Shown here piece by piece: positions 18,401 to 25,009 of a stretch of DNA of 37,016 bases. Each line of letters begins with the position of its first letter. Position 1 is the first letter of the stretch. The DNA is from a virus (taxonomy: Duplodnaviria; Caudoviricetes), in IMG/VR virus record IMGVR_UViG_3300050159_000058, positions 1 through 37,016 of that record, one strand, 5' to 3'. The notes beneath the pieces are model-generated. The model did no database searches, was not told where the DNA came from, and saw nothing but the letters and a program-made list of their open reading frames with translations. A program made the position numbers and the translations under genes.

Positions 18401-19743
18401 ATGACAAGCGAGATGATGCCGCCGGCCGCCGTCTTGTCGACAGCGGTGTCGATGAAGTACGACTCTGCTGTCTTCAGGTCTGGCTTGTCGTCCTTCGCCA
18501 GGCTGCCGCGGGGGCCGTAGGGCGGGTTGCCAACCGTGACGTTGAACTGCCGGCCGCCGTCGGAGCGCGCGAAGCGCTCTAGACTGGTGCCGCCGCGGAT
18601 CTCGTGGCGGTCGCCGTGCAGCGCCTGGGCGCAGGCCGAACTGATCGGGTCCATCTCGACGCCAGTGACGCGGAAACCCTCCGGCGCCGTGTGCAGGTAG
18701 ACGCCCGTCGCGCAACTGGGTTCGAGCGCCGTGCCGCCGGTGATCCCCAGGCGGGCGATCGCAGCCCACTGCGCGGCGGCCACGTCGGGGTCGGTGTAGA
18801 ACTCGTTCAGGCTGTCGCCGCAACCACCGTTGCCAGAATACTGGCGCATCAGGTCCAGGTCGGTCTGGCCGTCGGCGACCAGGGCCGCGACGCGGGCGTT
18901 GATGGCGCGGCGGGCGGGCTTGGTGATGCCGGCCGGGACGCCCCAAGGGGCGGCGACGGACAGGACAGCAGCAGCACCCTCGGAGCCAGCATCCATGCGG
19001 GTTGCGGCGGGTTCAGGGGTTGGTGCGGGGGGGGGCGGCAGCACCGGCTTTTCTGGCGTCGCAACCACTTCAGGGCGATGCGCGAGCCGAACGCTGTCGA
19101 ACGTGCGGCGCATCGAGATGCCGACCTTGAATGGCGACCGCTTTGGCACGTCGACCACCGTCGCCATGAGCGTGCCTTGCCAGGCCTCGACGGCAGTCAC
19201 ACGGGCCTGCACAAACTTCCCGGTGCGGTCCTTGAACTCGATGATGTCGTCGCGAGCGAATGGCGCGGGTTTGGCTGCCGCTGCGGGCGTCGACGACGTC
19301 TCGGCGGGCTCCTCAGCCACCACCGGCGCCGCGAACAAATCTCCCTGCGGCGCCGCCAGCCCGCCGTCGTGAAACATCGCCGCCACTTCGGACGCTGTCT
19401 TGCCGCGCGACAACTGCGCCATGCGCGCGAACAACGTCTCGCGCTGGGCCTGAGTCAGGTAGCGCAGTTTTCCCGCCAGACTCTGCTGGCCGCCCTGGGC
19501 ATCGATGAACTTGTCGAGCGGCGTGCGGTGGGACGGCGCCGGCGCGTTGCCGAACAGGTCCGGCGCGGCCTGGTGCTGAGGTGCCGCCGGCTTTCGCGCG
19601 GCCACCTTCTGGATCCGAGTGTGTGGCGCCACCAGCGTGCCGTCGTGGCGGACGTGGCCGGCAACCCTCACCGGCGCATCGAACAGGAACGACTGGGACT
19701 TGGTGATGCGGGCGCCAGCGGGCGCCTGAAAGAAGATGATCAT
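12433..19743 (-). CDS. DarB-like N6-adenine methyltransferase / SNF2 helicase fusion, intein-containing
   Basis: EFYT, LEPSCATG, GNPPY (MTase); DDVGLGKT, DEAH, TATP, QRNGRGVRQGN (helicase); architecture of phage P1 DarB. Confidence 0.9.
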   Translation of the reverse strand: MIIFFQAPAGARITKSQSFLFDAPVRVAGHVRHDGTLVAPHTRIQKVAARKPAAPQHQAAPDLFGNAPAPSHRTPLDKFIDAQGGQQSLAGKLRYLTQAQRETLFARMAQLSRGKTASEVAAMFHDGGLAAPQGDLFAAPVVAEEPAETSSTPAAAAKPAPFARDDIIEFKDRTGKFVQARVTAVEAWQGTLMATVVDVPKRSPFKVGISMRRTFDSVRLAHRPEVVATPEKPVLPPPPAPTPEPAATRMDAGSEGAAAVLSVAAPWGVPAGITKPARRAINARVAALVADGQTDLDLMRQYSGNGGCGDSLNEFYTDPDVAAAQWAAIARLGITGGTALEPSCATGVYLHTAPEGFRVTGVEMDPISSACAQALHGDRHEIRGGTSLERFARSDGGRQFNVTVGNPPYGPRGSLAKDDKPDLKTAESYFIDTAVDKTAAGGIISLVIPASVLNNKNGRAFRERILRKAEFLGAQRMPNSAFEASHTDVTADVLWLRKRPDDVAGALMTVPKATLKTLGVWDDEFLAGTYFEGRGAANLLGTVGTAMRSFGEVYTVTGSMSGVAGAIGQFEPHPVGTTPTVHDVLEALAGDDKATKRALGGAMVRPYADGKAGDTKVVDGVTYVLQGKPLRWHSVDEVLAHDSVTDAKPVADMIERAMAGEEVDHAALTEAVQAYIARHGIPAKSKHLTDAADHDRVLHRLIGAVDHTGRMSDVVTGRQARAVTSSLETAAATLAAEHEDGTFTAAELAERSGKPLDEVEDALLANSAYAFTAGGRWATMDQYLTGDLWPKLDAARAAADVSAKGVARRGSDTDADYVALAAKLAMQVTRLDEAIGAKSLDDVEVMLNSAFLPTDVLAAWLTSRVTDFRAKNPDSSWARDMKDGAVKFDGGLYKVTGGMWNDNSLLEKYLNRTGVKKDDMPQVDRMNEEFRAWLLSSDYRDEVEELYNRKFRGFVEPKWSDAPIEIPGLNPDVKLNAYHWSSLRWAMARGAGIIADDVGLGKTPRGLMLARLLKMTGRAKKPTFVVPKSVLANWVAEAEKFFPGSHILVIGETYSRDKAGNLKSRPDTPVERNRKYHDLTQNDYDFVFISQPSFNELDVDPITKGEYLDQDFWVQRGDKLGNAGDKQVKKVREGYKQAVADREFRKHTDAIYFNDLGIDAMLVDEAHCFPAGTLVDGKPIEAYRAGDKVRSFDHATGGLVHSMVLNLQVRTPRSLFKVKVSTGVEIVCTGKHPFFTPDGYVFAEDLRCDDTIYSLKQEPVSGHESAGSGALSEASGGLSALRQDIRIEQGAGLETADARGDGVLLHEVVRDGVHLDKPEGAQDDHGGIDQEHTCLCGAPGSDACRRMEPDVRPGASCASLGNQARGGLEASRAGRQRAAHAGAAAQAVGCAAVRAAGLGGGVHPEHGDAGRVGLPVALQVGHSVPSADADRRSGRRIAQLAYPAGPGPEEGGAFEFARVVDVEVFQPTGDGRFGGLCPDGFVYNIEVERTHTYIVGGVLVHNSYKNLYAARARFGESPKFLGGQGQSNRAFDLSFKAKWLREQHGGAGVYGLTATPTKNSPLEVYSMLSYIAPEAFERIGIRNSEEFLDRYCVFKTENVLGTNGEISEALVTEGFKNLDELREIMGKYIMRRKASDVGLKLPEAHQEMHLVNMTPEQSSVYGDLRAQLAEAGKKDSTGDAHVFSIMDKMAKAAMDLELLDAEKHAGQGRNSPKYQEAAKHIVAGAKNGGQVVFCESVASHAKIADALVAAGIPRERIAILNATEASSSAQRQNISDRFNDGRLDVVIGNKVMEEGVNLQKRTTDIHHLDTPWDPATLQQRNGRGVRQGNVNEAIKIHTYLARGSFDGYRYQSMRAKRDWSESLWNGGDRVDNLAREGVFSREDMMVMMSADPEAERAKMAADKDAAMQRLTADRTTKAAGEFVRFQSLKRSFAGLKNRDTKAGARLRAQIDAAKIGLQHNKYFHAKDVLDSNDEVLIHPGTGDVVTKGQGYEVTESEGPASKWVVTGVDPVHQTVSMRRYADTTGHKGVTVPMAKLATGTKAFRVDDAAEAADVSHQFEEQAAANLNSLKDWEQVAKMPSAVLEANHDLIQRQIKEGSKAYKFKMPYGDVAMINRATGKPEMVNSYDHAGRYAETHDYMLPTDANREKAIQAWIDARRESKIATKFTAPVGRNKRHGTGTYTPARKYEGAGYPNEHVNPGKRIADFVSGSGGYGATSPLVKEAQARLNVEQMDRIRHAKNIGDAIDAALVMGSVTGTEKGVARIPRRVLMLLWAKAKRLGVLGDKASTHIAMSGYGQPARHDAYAYAGSHDKTVQTMLEQMAAASGHRDVAVAMARGGADVSPRRDHEEAYRSMESLTGGDLTTSLAALQMALRHAQNGGFADKLKGDVHRPSGGYYGATNWSHVNENGKKLGDTLRERITQHENQIAAQAAKEAA
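15238..16242 (-). mobile_element. Intein (335 aa, residues 1168-1502) inserted right after the DEAH motif
   Basis: Starts CFPAGTLV, block B CTGKHPF, ends VYNIEVERTHTYIVGGVLVHN followed by Ser; excision restores DEAH-SYKNL. Confidence 0.93.
15246..15956 (-). CDS. Nested alternative-frame zinc-finger + DUF559/Vsr-like endonuclease inside the intein
   Basis: CRHC...CTKSC; YKLDIA..LTVEVDGASH...QDRKKEGLLSSLGWSTLRFSN; the intein-frame translation of the same DNA looks non-globular. Confidence 0.85.
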   Translation of the reverse strand: MNLREVALCPRPPAACRHCGKIFELNKVQDWKRRTRGETVFYCTKSCVMAFTWTNPKVRKTITAASIKNTPAFVARLAAMRADGWNPMSDPALRARVSATKRAAGWRPPVQGGNGRPMPEPQRRLLDALQCVRPDWVGEFIQNTGMPGGSGYPWHYKLDIACRALMLTVEVDGASHNSLIRQAQDRKKEGLLSSLGWSTLRFSNQQVMADLAGCVRTVLSTTSKSSARTPTSSAAF

Positions 19744-19768
19744 GAGCCGGCCTTTGTGGGACCGGCTC

Positions 19769-19784
19769 AGTGTTGCCTCACGAC
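19769..19784 (-). promoter_or_regulatory. Late-promoter motif followed by an inverted repeat
   Basis: GTCGTGA-ggc-AACACT, then GAGCCGG-N11-CCGGCTC-ATG. Confidence 0.75.
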
Positions 19785-19800
19785 CGCGTGGGCGCGCCTG

Positions 19801-20373
19801 CTACTTCCCGGCGTCGCGCAGCTTCTTGGCCGCCTTCACCGGCGCGTTGCGCTTGTTCAATTCCATGGCGGCGTAGTGCGCCTCGTCGCGGTACTTCCCC
19901 GCCTTGTCCGTCATGCCGCCGTGCTTCTTTTCAGCGATCTCGGCGGCCTCGGTGGCGTCCTTGACGATGTAGTGCAGTTCCGCCTCGGAGTGCGTTTTCA
20001 TTTTGGCCTGCTGGCGGCTGTGCCAGTTGGTCTCGTCGCGCCAGTCTTTGCCGTCGCCGGCGGGTTTGGCGTCGACAGATGACCGGTCATCGTGCCTATC
20101 AACCATATGCGACTGCACGGTCAACTTCGGAAGAATGTGCATTCCAGTGCCGTGCGGAACGACATCAAGGCGGCCCTTCTCTTCGTCACCATCAACTCGC
20201 CAATCAAACTTGTCGTCACCAGGATCTTGAAACTCCGGCTTGATCTTCACCCGCTCGCCGTGTTTCAGTGGTCCTCCTTTTCGCTCATGGGCATCAACCA
20301 CGGTGCCGTCCTTACGCGTATAGGTCTCGACGTGCGCCTTCAGCAGAAGGCAGACGGGCTGGTTCGATTTCAT
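19801..20373 (-). CDS. Hypothetical putative internal head protein (190 aa)
   Basis: LLLKAHVETYTRKDGTVV N-terminal motif; own promoter motif. Confidence 0.75.
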   Translation of the reverse strand: MKSNQPVCLLLKAHVETYTRKDGTVVDAHERKGGPLKHGERVKIKPEFQDPGDDKFDWRVDGDEEKGRLDVVPHGTGMHILPKLTVQSHMVDRHDDRSSVDAKPAGDGKDWRDETNWHSRQQAKMKTHSEAELHYIVKDATEAAEIAEKKHGGMTDKAGKYRDEAHYAAMELNKRNAPVKAAKKLRDAGK

Positions 20374-20379
20374 GATGGG

Positions 20380-20395
20380 AGTGTTGGTTCACGAC
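20380..20395 (-). promoter_or_regulatory. Late-promoter motif, 6 nt before ATG; its TGA is the upstream stop codon
   Basis: GTCGTGA-acc-AACACT-cccatc-ATG. Confidence 0.8.
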
Positions 20396-22659
20396 TGAGG
20401 GGCTGGGCGATGCAGTTGGCGCACCCTGGCCCACGGCTCCCCCTCGTAGCCAAGCAGCCAGTGACCGTAGATGGACGGGTCGTTTTCAGACACCAGTCCT
20501 GTCTTCGGAAGCTCAAGAGAACCAGATTGGCGAGCGACGGGGGCAACGAAAACAGGCTTCGGCGAAGGACTCTGCGCAATCGGCTTTGAGAACTTCCTCA
20601 ACCCTTCTGGAATTTCGCCCTGCACATACCAGAGACGAGCATCGGGATCCCACAGCGCCCCTTGAGACCTTGCCTCGTCCTTTTGATCGAACGGAACACT
20701 CAGGTAGTTCTTCGGCAGGTTGGCGGCTGCGGCTCGCTTTTCTGCTGCGGCCCGGCGTTCTTCGCGGGCCTTGTCATCCGCAAGAGCTTGATCGGATTGG
20801 CGCTGAAGCTCGGCACGCTTTACCTCCTGAAGCCGTGGAAGGTTCTTTTCTCGCCAGGCGTCATTCTTGGCCTTCTTCCGCTCCTTCTCAAGAAGGACCT
20901 TCCCCTCTTCGACAGCAACAAACTCAGGCCAGAGATGGTCAAACTCACCAGACCGGACTTTCTCACTCCAGGCTGCGCGCGATCCCTCGCCGTTGTTGCC
21001 GTACTTGGCGTAAAGTTCTGCGGACTTGCGAACCTTGTTGCGCTGGTCTTCTGTCAACACCTTGGGCTCCTTCTCAGTTGAGCCAATTTTATTCTTTTTT
21101 GAGGATGGTGTAGTGGGTTCTTTCTTGAACACCACAGCCTTCCTCTTCTTGTCGGCGGCCTTGTAGTGCTCGCGGTAGAGCTTGAGCATTGACTTCTCGT
21201 GGGCCTGCTGCTCCTCGCCGGTCCGCTTGCGCATGGCGGCCCAGTCGATGTCCATGTCGCCGGTCGGCATGGCGATCTGGTTTTTCTTGCGGCCCATGTC
21301 GGCGACGCGCTCGTACAGGCTCTGGTGCAGGTTCGCCAGGCGCGTCAAGTCCTCGCGATGCTTGTCGTAGGCCTTGCGGTGTTTCTCGGCGGCAGCCTCT
21401 GCAGCCTCGGCACGTTCAGCCGACCCTGGCAGGTTGTCGCGGCGCAGCGAGCGTGCCGTGGCCTCCATTTCGCGCATCGGCGTCTCGGCGCGGTTGCGCG
21501 CAGACCTGGCGCGCTCCATCTGCTCGCGCAACTGCCCCATCTCGTAGTGGTGCAACTCGTGCTGCTCGCTGTGTAGGGCCAACCACTCGGCGCGCTTGTC
21601 TTCGGGGACGAGATTCAACAGGCTGCGGGTGGGTTTGCTGGGGTGAGGGTCTTCGGTTGGGGTGGGCGCCGGCGCCTGCTCCCCCTCCTCATACCCCTCC
21701 AACTCCATCCCCTGCTTCTCGGCTTCCCGCAGGTCGTCGGCATGGCTGGGGCTCAGCAGCACCTGCACCAGTCGCTTGTGCTCGGCCACCAGATCGGCGC
21801 GGGGCTCGGTGACGACGTCGGCGCGCGGCGGCTCCCCCGCCCGCTCGCGCGGCGTGCGGCCATCGAACAGGTCCGGCGTGTCGTCGACGGGGTGGCGGCC
21901 CACGAACGGGTTGGGGCGCGGCGCGGCGGGCGCGCGCTCCGGCTTGCCGCCGAACAGGTCGACCTGGCCGGCAGATGGCTCGCCACGAGCGGTGCGGCCG
22001 TCGTAGCCGGAGAGGTTCACCAGGCGGCCGCGGCGGAGGTAGGGGCCGACGTTGGCCTTCGCCAACAACACCGCCACCTGCCGGCCATCCGCAGCCTTGA
22101 TCATCGCCGGTCGGTCGCGCGTCGCGCGGACCTTGGCAACGAACTCATCGACCGGCATGGCGGTGACAGGCCCCAGAAACCTGGGGTCGCTGTAGCAAGC
22201 CAGGAACGCGGCGCGCGCCGACTCCTCGCTGTCGAAGCCAGCCATGCACTTGTCCTCGTCGTACTCATCCCAGCGTCCGACGCGCCGCTGGTGCACCACG
22301 TACACCATGGTGGCGGTGTCCAGCATCGGGCCGATGAAGACGTCGACGGGGTCGCCGTCCACGCCAAGAGTGCCTTCAATCTCGCCGTAGTCGAACGCCA
22401 TGCGCTGCTCCCACGTCACGCCATGGCGGTTGCGGCCGCGGCGAACGGAACCCGCTGGGTTCTCAATGGCGATTGTCAGTCCGCGCCAGGACATGCGGGG
22501 CTTGCGATACTCGCTGCTGGCGGACTGCTGGGCATCGGGCTCACCAGGGTTGCGACGCAGGCCGTTCTCGGTCTCCGTCAGGTCGACGGGCTTGCGCGCC
22601 GTGCTGACGGCCTGGGTGACAGGGTGTGACTTCAGCAGCAGGATGGGTTTCGCACTCAT
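20389..22659 (-). CDS. Polyvalent protein: inorganic-pyrophosphatase-like N-domain, coiled coil, C-terminal DUF5710-like domain
   Basis: IENPAGSVR...DYGEIEGTLGVDGDPVDVF...DEDKCMAGF; YLSVPFDQKDEARSQGALWDPDARLWY. Confidence 0.8.
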   Translation of the reverse strand: MSAKPILLLKSHPVTQAVSTARKPVDLTETENGLRRNPGEPDAQQSASSEYRKPRMSWRGLTIAIENPAGSVRRGRNRHGVTWEQRMAFDYGEIEGTLGVDGDPVDVFIGPMLDTATMVYVVHQRRVGRWDEYDEDKCMAGFDSEESARAAFLACYSDPRFLGPVTAMPVDEFVAKVRATRDRPAMIKAADGRQVAVLLAKANVGPYLRRGRLVNLSGYDGRTARGEPSAGQVDLFGGKPERAPAAPRPNPFVGRHPVDDTPDLFDGRTPRERAGEPPRADVVTEPRADLVAEHKRLVQVLLSPSHADDLREAEKQGMELEGYEEGEQAPAPTPTEDPHPSKPTRSLLNLVPEDKRAEWLALHSEQHELHHYEMGQLREQMERARSARNRAETPMREMEATARSLRRDNLPGSAERAEAAEAAAEKHRKAYDKHREDLTRLANLHQSLYERVADMGRKKNQIAMPTGDMDIDWAAMRKRTGEEQQAHEKSMLKLYREHYKAADKKRKAVVFKKEPTTPSSKKNKIGSTEKEPKVLTEDQRNKVRKSAELYAKYGNNGEGSRAAWSEKVRSGEFDHLWPEFVAVEEGKVLLEKERKKAKNDAWREKNLPRLQEVKRAELQRQSDQALADDKAREERRAAAEKRAAAANLPKNYLSVPFDQKDEARSQGALWDPDARLWYVQGEIPEGLRKFSKPIAQSPSPKPVFVAPVARQSGSLELPKTGLVSENDPSIYGHWLLGYEGEPWARVRQLHRPAPQS

Positions 22660-22665
22660 GCCGCC

Positions 22666-22681
22666 AGCCTACCGTCACGCC
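22666..22681 (-). promoter_or_regulatory. Late-promoter motif, 6 nt before ATG; its TGA is the upstream stop codon
   Basis: GGCGTGA-cgg-TAGGCT-ggcggc-ATG. Confidence 0.8.
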
Positions 22682-23820
22682 TTCTGATCGGGTCGCGCCA
22701 GCGTGGCGCGCATCCAGTCACCAAAAGCCTGATCATCCCCCGGCTGGTCCTCAATCACCGGCACCCAGCGGCCGCGGCAGTTTGGATGCTGTGCACCAGC
22801 GGCAGGCCACCACAACTCGCCAGGCTCACGCTCCACCAGCTTGTCGCCGACGCGCTTCCTCGGCGCGCCGCTGCGGCCGACGTTGTTCTTGCCGGCCCAA
22901 ATCTGGGTCTCGCCGTCCTTGTCTGGTGCCGCGGGGTCGACGACCTCGAACAGCTTGCCGTCCAGCTTGCGGCACCAGCTGCAGGCGTTGCGGTACTGCT
23001 CAACGCGCTTCAGGCGGACGCCAGGAGCCTGGGCCGCCACGAAGCCCTGGCCAAGCGCTTCGGTCGCCTCGGTGACGGCGATGCGCCGCCAGTCGCGATT
23101 CAGCGTGGCGAACTCGTCCACCAGCTGTGTCTGCAGGCTGGGCCCGGAGAGGTCGCCGGTCATCGTCTTCTCGACGCGCTGCGCCACCAGCGAGCGCATG
23201 CGATGCTGGGCGCCGTCGCCCAGACTGGTGACGTGCTCGGCGGCCCGGTTGGCGGCCAGTTCGATGACGGCTCGCTGCAGGCCCTGGGTGTTCGACCCGG
23301 ACGCCGTCAGCGGCAGCCTGGCGGCGATCTTGTCGGCCTCGGCGGCGGACAACTCACCAAGGCCGGCTTGCACCTTTCCCATCAGGGCGGCGCGCACAGC
23401 AAGCCACTCGGCCTCAGTCTTCAACTCGTCGGGCGGCAGGTATCGCTGCACCAGCAGGTCGACGACCATCATGTGATCGTCCAGCGTCCACTCCGACACA
23501 GGCAGGGCTTCGAGGTAGCGATTGGCAAGCTCGATTTCAGCCGGCGACCAGCGCTGCATCATGCCGACGGGCCGCTGCGGCGGCAGGGTCGGGCTGTGGC
23601 GCTCGCCGTTCAGCCAGGAGACAAGCTCGCGGCGGACATTCTCAAGGCGTGCCAGGCCGCGCCTGGTGAATAGCTCGACTAGCGTGCGGATCATCGGCGA
23701 CGGGTGCTCCGACCAAATCTCGTCGTCATCATCGTGGCCGTGGACGGCCTTGTAGATGAACCCCAGCGCCAGGTCGGTCTGGCGCGCGCTGAGCGCTTCG
23801 ATGTCGAGAAACAAGGGCAT
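22675..23820 (-). CDS. Head morphogenesis protein (MuF/SPP1 gp7-like)
   Basis: RIAVTE, ACSWC and HPNCRG motifs. Confidence 0.85.
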   Translation of the reverse strand: MPLFLDIEALSARQTDLALGFIYKAVHGHDDDDEIWSEHPSPMIRTLVELFTRRGLARLENVRRELVSWLNGERHSPTLPPQRPVGMMQRWSPAEIELANRYLEALPVSEWTLDDHMMVVDLLVQRYLPPDELKTEAEWLAVRAALMGKVQAGLGELSAAEADKIAARLPLTASGSNTQGLQRAVIELAANRAAEHVTSLGDGAQHRMRSLVAQRVEKTMTGDLSGPSLQTQLVDEFATLNRDWRRIAVTEATEALGQGFVAAQAPGVRLKRVEQYRNACSWCRKLDGKLFEVVDPAAPDKDGETQIWAGKNNVGRSGAPRKRVGDKLVEREPGELWWPAAGAQHPNCRGRWVPVIEDQPGDDQAFGDWMRATLARPDQKA

Positions 23821-23826
23821 GGCGGG

Positions 23827-23842
23827 AGTGTGGCGTCACGCC
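23827..23842 (-). promoter_or_regulatory. Late-promoter motif, 6 nt before ATG
   Basis: GGCGTGA-cgc-CACACT-cccgcc-ATG. Confidence 0.8.
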
Positions 23843-23853
23843 AGGCTGGGCAG

Positions 23854-23884
23854 AAACGAAAAGGCCCGGCGTGGAAGCCGGGCC
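23854..23884 (-). terminator. Intrinsic terminator
   Basis: GGCCCGGC-ttccac-GCCGGGCC-TTTTCGTTT. Confidence 0.85.
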
Positions 23885-23993
23885 CTCAAGGCGTGTCAGG
23901 GGAAGGATCGACCCCATCACGCTGCGGACGTTCGACGACCTTCCGCTGCGGCCACCGTCTCGCGCCAGCCCTTCGCGACGTCTGGCGACGGTT
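23854..23993 (-). ncRNA. Candidate ~140-nt late small RNA
   Basis: Consensus promoter motif at 24000..24015, several hairpins, ends in a terminator, no ORF contained within it. Confidence 0.55.
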
Positions 23994-23999
23994 GATCGC

Positions 24000-24015
24000 A
24001 GTGTGGGGTCACGAC
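24000..24015 (-). promoter_or_regulatory. Late-promoter motif not followed by an ORF
   Basis: GTCGTGA-ccc-CACACT, identical to the portal copy. Confidence 0.75.
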
Positions 24016-24016
24016 G

Positions 24017-24262
24017 TCAACGCCCGCAGCGCGTTGCCGACATCGGCGACAGGCCGCGCATCTGCGGGCACATGCCGTGGTGCTTCTTGCCGATGCGGCC
24101 CTTCTCGGCGGCGCGGGCAAGCTTGCTGCCGGCCGGTCGGACCGGGCCGGGCGTGCGGTCGCGGCCGCGCACCTTGGGCTGGAAGGCGGGTTGGATCAGC
24201 GCGGCGCGGGACATTCCCATGGCGGCGCCGATCAGGGAGAGGATGTTGTTCGAGGCAAGCAT
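24017..24262 (-). CDS. Small basic hypothetical protein
   Basis: SD AAGGA before ATG; same strand as neighbours. Confidence 0.55.
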   Translation of the reverse strand: MLASNNILSLIGAAMGMSRAALIQPAFQPKVRGRDRTPGPVRPAGSKLARAAEKGRIGKKHHGMCPQMRGLSPMSATRCGR

Positions 24263-24298
24263 GTCGTTCCTTGGCGGTTGTGGCGGTAGCGGCTGCTC

Positions 24299-24649
24299 TC
24301 AGATCGCCAGGGCGTCCAGCAGATCGCGCAGGCGGTCGGTGGAGGTCTCCAGGCGGATGATCTGGCTGGCGATGAACCCCGTCAGCGGTGCCGTCGGATG
24401 GATGTGGTCGGCGGGGACGGGGCCAACCCGGCACTCGTTGTCCGTTTTCACGGCGACGGCCTTCGTCACCGGATGCAGGCGGCGGCCGAGTTCGTCGATG
24501 AGCTCAGACAACTGCGACAACTGCGACGACAGGCCAGCGGTCTGGCAGTCCATTTCGCTGACGCGGGTCTCGGCGAAGTCTCTCGACGGGATGGCGGACA
24601 ACGTGGGCATGGACTTGATGATGCGCCCGGCTTCAGTGAATTGACCCAT
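24299..24649 (-). CDS. Hypothetical coiled-coil protein (116 aa)
   Basis: SD AAGGA before ATG; heptad pattern. Confidence 0.65.
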   Translation of the reverse strand: MGQFTEAGRIIKSMPTLSAIPSRDFAETRVSEMDCQTAGLSSQLSQLSELIDELGRRLHPVTKAVAVKTDNECRVGPVPADHIHPTAPLTGFIASQIIRLETSTDRLRDLLDALAI

Positions 24650-24688
24650 GGTCTTCCTTGATGGCGCCCCGCAGGGTGCCGTGTTGCA

Positions 24689-24764
24689 TGGTGCCGGCTG
24701 TCCGAATCGAACGGACGGCCTACTGCTTACAAAGCGGTTGTTCTACCTGCTGAGCTAAGCCGGC
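24689..24764 (-). tRNA. trnT: tRNA-Thr(TGT)
   Basis: 76-nt cloverleaf GCCGGCT...AGCCGGC-A-CCA, D-arm GCTCAGCAGGTAGAAC, anticodon loop TTTGTAA, T-loop TTCGATT; one C-A mismatch in the anticodon stem. Confidence 0.93.
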
Positions 24765-24770
24765 GCGTGA

Positions 24771-24998
24771 TCAGGCCTCGATGCGCGGCATCAGCGGCAG
24801 TTCGGCGCCGGTCGGCTTGTTCATCCAGATCGGGCCGGCCTTCTTGATGTCCGGCGCGGGCGCGGGCTCGCCGCCGGCGGTCATGATCTTGTAGGTGGTG
24901 GGCTTGGCGGACGGCGCGGAGAACCAGGCATTCAGCACAGCGCCAAGGGCGAGCGCGACGGCGAACAGGGCCAGCATGGCGGCGGTCTTCAAGGTCAT
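24771..24998 (-). CDS. Small protein with N-terminal hydrophobic segment (75 aa)
   Basis: MTLKTAAMLALFAVALALGAVL after SD GAGAGG. Confidence 0.65.
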   Translation of the reverse strand: MTLKTAAMLALFAVALALGAVLNAWFSAPSAKPTTYKIMTAGGEPAPAPDIKKAGPIWMNKPTGAELPLMPRIEA

Positions 24999-25009
24999 GA
25001 TTTCCTCTC

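Noticed and set aside
23893-23902. 10-nt complementarity (CCCCUGACAC) between the candidate sRNA and the SGNH gene junction near 31336
   Set aside because: A 10-nt match is expected by chance for a 140-nt query against 37 kb of GC-rich DNA
23729-23920. 63-aa ORF starting in the candidate sRNA
   Set aside because: Crosses a strong terminator and overlaps the MuF gene out of frame
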